This document shows positions 59,865-64,000 of a DNA stretch of 64,000 nt, one piece after another. Location: assembly GCF_030028105.1 (NCBI RefSeq), contig NC_092375.1, positions 164,857,415 through 164,921,414 on the forward strand, written 5' to 3'. Made by a program: the position numbers and the translations under genes. This stretch comes from Mobula birostris (Eukaryota). Positions within the stretch are counted from its first letter, which is position 1. Every line of letters begins with the position of its first letter. The notes beneath the pieces are model-generated. The model had not been told where the DNA came from. It saw only the letters and a list, made by a program, of their open reading frames with translations, and searched no databases.

Positions 59865-62856
59865 TAGAACATAGAATAGTACAGCACAGTACAGGTCCTT
59901 CGGCCCACAATGTTGTGCCGACTCTCAAACCCTGCCTCCCATATAAGCCCCCACCTTAAATTCCTGCATATACCTGTCTAGTAGTCTCCTAAACTTCACT
60001 AGTATATCTGCCTCCACCACCGACTCAGGCAGTGCATTCCACGCACCAACCACTCTCTTAGTAAAAACCCTTCCTCTGATATTCCCCTTGAACTTTCTAC
60101 CCCTTACCTTAAAGCCATGTCCTCTTGTATTGAGCAGTGGTGCCCTGGGGAAGAGGCGCTGGCTATCCACTCTATCTATTCCTCTTATTATCTTGTACAC
60201 CTCTATCATGTCTCCTCTCATCCTCCTTCTCTCCAAAGAGTAAAGCCCTAGCTCCCTTAATCTCTGATCATAATGCATACTCTCCAAACCAGGCAACATC
60301 CTGGTAAATCTCCTCTGTACCCTTTCCAATGCTTCCACATCCTTCCTATAGTGAGGCGACCAGAACTGGACACAGTACTCCAAGTGTGGCCGAACCAGAG
60401 TTTTATAGAGCTGCGTCATTATATTGCAACTCTTAAACTCTATCCCGCGACTTATGAAAGCTAACACCCCATAAGCTTTCTTAACTACCCTATCCACCTG
60501 TGAGGCAACTTTCAGGGATATGTAGACAAGTACCCCGAGATCCCTCTGCTCCTCCACACTACCAAGTATCCTGCCATTTACTTTGTACTCTGCCTTGGAG
60601 TTTGTCCTTCCAAAGTGTACCACCTCACACTTCTCCGGGTTGAACTCCATCTGCCACTTCTCAGCCCACTTCTGCATCCTATCAATGTCTCTCTGCAATC
60701 TTTGACAATCCTCTACACTATCTACAACACCACCAACCTTTGTGTTGTCTGCAAACTTGCCAGCCCACCCTTCTACCCCAACATCCAGGTCATTAATAAA
60801 AATCATGAAAAGTAGAAGTCCCAGAACAGATCCTTGTGGGATACCACTAGTCACAATCCTCCAATGTGAATGTACTCCCTCCACCATGACCCTCTGCCTT
60901 CTGCAGTCAAGCCAATTCTGAATCCACCTGGCCAAACTTCCCTGGATTCCATGCCTTCTGACTTTCTGAATAAGCCTATGTGGAACCTTGTCAAATGCCT
61001 TACTAAAGTCCATGTAGATCACATCCACTGCACTACCCTCATCAATATGCCTGGTCACCTCCTCAAAGAACGCTATCAGGCTTGTTAGACACAATCTATC
61101 CTTCACAAAGCCATGCTGACTGTCCCTGATCAGACCATGATTCTCTAGATGCCCAGAGATCCTATCTCTAAGAATCTTTTCCAACAGCTTTCTCACCACA
61201 TATGTAAGGCTCACTGGTCTATAATTACCCGAACTATCCCTACTACCTTTTCTGAACAAGGGGACAACATTCGCCTCCCTCCAATCCTCCAGTACCATTC
61301 CTGTGGACAACGAGGACATAAAGATCCTAGCCAGAGGCTCAGAAATCTCTTCCCTCACCTCGTGGAGCAGCCTGGGGAATATTCCGTCAGGCCCCGGGGA
61401 CTTATCCGTCCGAATGTATTTTAACAACTCCAACACCTCCTCTCCCTTAATATCAACATGCTCCAGAACATCAATCTCACTCATATTGTCCTCACCATCA
61501 TCAAGTTCCCTCTCATTGGTGAATACCGAAGAGAAGTATTCATTGAGGACCTCGCTCACTTCCACAGCCTCCAGACACATCTTCCCACCTTTATCTCTAA
61601 TCGGTCCTACCTTCACTCCTGTCATCCTTTTTTTCTTCACATAATTGAAGAATGCCTTGGGGTTTTCCTTTACCCTACTGACCAAGGCCTTCTCATGCCC
61701 CCTTCTTGCTCTTCTCAGCCCCTTCTTAAGCTCCTTTCTTGCTTCCCTATATTCCTCAATAGACCCATCTGACCCTTGCTTCCTAAACTTCATGTATGCT
61801 GCCTTCTTCCTCCTGACTAGATTTTTCACCTCACTTGTCACTCATGGTTCCTTCACCCTACCATTCTTTATCTTCTTCACCGGGACAAATTTATCCCTAA
61901 CATCCTGCAAGAGATCTCTAAACATCGACCACATGTCCATAGTACATTTCCCTGCAAAAACATCATCCCAATTCACACCCGCAAGTTCTAGCCGTATAGC
62001 CTCATAATTTGCCCTTCCCCAATTAAAAATTTTCCTGTCCTCTCTGATTCTATCCTTTTCCATGATAATGCTAAAGGCCAGGGAGCGGTGGTCACTATCC
62101 CCCAGATGCTCACCCACTGAGAGATCTGTGACCTGACCCGGTTCATTACCTAGTACTAGATCTAGTATGGCATTCCCCCAGTCGGCCTGTCCACATACTG
62201 TGACAGGAATCCGTCCTGGACACACTTAACAAACTCTGCCCCATCTAAACCCTTGGAACTAATCAGGTGCCAATCAATATTAGGAAAGTTAAAGTCACCC
62301 ATGATAACAACCCTGTTATTTTTGCACCTTTCCAAACCCTGCCTCCCAATCTGCTCCTCTGTATCTCTGCTGCTAGCAGGGGGCCTATAGAATACCCCCA
62401 ATAGAGTAACTGCTCCCTTCCTGTTCCTGACTTCCACCCATACTGACTCAAAAGAGGATCCTGCTACATTATCCACCCTTTCTGTAGCTGTAATAGTATC
62501 CCTGACCAATAATGCCACCCCTCCTCCCCTTTTTCCGCCCTCTCTATCCCTTTTAAAGCACTGAAATCCAGGAATATTGAGAATCCATTCCTGCCCTGGT
62601 GCCAGCCAAGTCTCTGTAATGGTCATTACATCATAATTCCATGTATGTATCCAAGCTCTCAGTTCATCGCCTTTGTTCCTGATGCTTCTTGCATTGAGGT
62701 ACACACATTTCAGCCCTTCTACCTTGCTGTCTTTACACCGTATATTCTGCTTCTCTTTCCTCAAAGCCTCTCCATATGTTTGATCTGGCTTTATTCCATG
62801 CACTTCTTTCACTGCTCTATCGCTCTGGGTCCCATCCCCCTTGCAAATTAGTTTAA
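59865..62856 (-). mobile_element. Young CR1 LINE with near-complete ORF2 (APE endonuclease + RT), disabled by one frameshift and one stop
   Basis: ORFs 62162-62812 (YLNARSI, ITETWL, GDFNFP), 61842-62225 and 59925-61841 (PQGSVLG, FADNTK); stop at 61842-44 in frame; frameshift near 62175-62185. Confidence 0.95.
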
Positions 62857-62951
62857 TATAGTGTTGACATTTTAATATCTGCTTTCATGTTGCCTTGCAT
62901 AGTTATTACTTTGTTACTTTTACAATAAAATATTTATGTTTACATTTTTAG

Positions 62952-63239
62952 AGCCTAGGGTTGCACCCCGCTTTGACAAAAGACTAGAACCAGTAGAAGT
63001 TACAACAGGGGAAAGTGTGGATCTTGAATGCCATTTAACTGGATCTTTCCCAATTAAAGTTACTTGGCTGAAGGATGGCAAAGAGATTCGATCTGGTGGC
63101 AATTACAACATAACTTATGTAGAAAATACACCCCACCTGATCATTCTGAAAGCAGACAAAGGAGATGTTGGTCAATACATTTGTGAGGCCAGCAATGATA
63201 TTGGAAAGGATTCATGCAAAACTGAAGTGACTGTGAAAG
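62952..63239 (+). CDS. TTN: Titin Ig exon, 10-Ig repeat position 10
   Basis: 288 nt; EPRVAPRFDKRLEPVEVTTGESVDLEC...RSGGNYNITY. Confidence 0.92.
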
Positions 63240-64000
63240 GTACTGATCAATAATAATTACAAATCTTTGCTCTCTGTTATATCGTGTGAGCCTAGATGTT
63301 AGTAATTATAGAAGAAATCTTTTAAATATTTAAAAATGAATGTGAGTTGTAAGAATCCAGGTTTGATTAGTTTCAAAAGATACTTTTTTAACATCTGCAG
63401 TGTGACTCTTAATGGTTACTTGGTCAATTTTTTTTTGCTATCCAGTGCATGTGCATTTCTTATTTTGATTTTTCTAACCATCTTTGGGTTGGAGCTTTTC
63501 TTGCTATAATAGTTGGCATTGCTTTTGTAGTTAATAGGTTTATTCAATATCCAGATATAGGTTAACTATTAATAAAATTGAATTAGGAAAAAAAATGAAA
63601 AGATCCAAACAAGGTAACAAAAATGCATAAACACCAATAAATAAAAATATCAAAATAATACAAAAACAAAACTAAAGAGTAATACATTCCTCCTCAAGTT
63701 CTGCTCTACAATCCCTATGAAAATCAACAAGCTGCCAGAATTTCCACCAAATATGACTTTGTACATGATCCAGGAGGCAACTTCCTCAGCTTAAAGGTGA
63801 CCAGAATCCTGTGGTGTAGTGAACTAATAATAAGTCCATATCAATGTACAGAAATGTGTGATACACTGATATTTCAAAAATTAAGTGGAAATAGTTTTGG
63901 ACTACAAGCCTTAGCTAAAGTTAGCATGCTTCACGACAACTGGTTGTTTATCACTTTCATAGTGCTACTTCTGTCTGATACAGATCGTAAAATTCCACCA

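Larger units (their letters stand above)
1..63239 (+). other. TTN: Titin (connectin) gene, partial: Novex-3, N2B and middle I-band Ig tandem; gene extends beyond both window ends
   Basis: About 60 GT-AG exons each encoding I-set Ig domains in titin's 6- and 10-domain super-repeat pattern, preceded by Novex-3-like and N2B-like exons in the known TTN order. Confidence 0.98.

Noticed and set aside
57077-62007. Plus-strand ORFs inside the two young CR1s
   Set aside because: Antisense shadows of CR1 ORF2
16626-63239. Regularly repeated ~280-nt units as a CRISPR-like or satellite array
   Set aside because: They are spliced Ig-coding exons with AG/GT boundaries and variable intron lengths
11468-63239. 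RBM20 (UCUU) site enrichment
   Set aside because: TCTT is common in these AT-rich introns; enrichment cannot be judged without a background count

Overview
The whole window is part of a vertebrate titin/connectin (TTN) gene on the + strand, covering the I-band. The repeat content (CR1 LINEs, HE1/V-SINE-like element, Penelope tails) suggests a cartilaginous fish, probably a ray; this is an inference. In order, the window holds: (1) the 3' part of the Novex-3 alternative terminal region, intact, split by a 97-nt intron, stop at 4710-4712; (2) the cardiac N2B exon (8264-10358), recognisable as I24-I25-N2Bus-I26 but carrying about 10 frameshifts and nonsense codons, so it looks pseudogenised, although its I24 domain is clean and is followed by TGA-TAG-TAA and an AATAAA; (3) the I27 and I28/I29 exons; (4) 58 phase-1/phase-1 single-Ig exons of 279, 282 or 288 nt, forming EIGHT 6-Ig super-repeats (human has three) and then the first 10-Ig super-repeat. 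Repeats 4-8 include a 12-exon tandem duplication whose junction appears to lie inside a B-type exon. None of the 48 six-Ig-repeat exons has A at donor position +3. Introns contain CR1 LINEs (two young, antisense), Penelope fragments with fossil hammerhead ribozymes, SINEs, a Harbinger derivative nested in a CR1, hAT and Tc1 MITEs, and a solo LTR. Exon boundaries were read by hand. Comparisons with human titin are from memory and need alignment to confirm.
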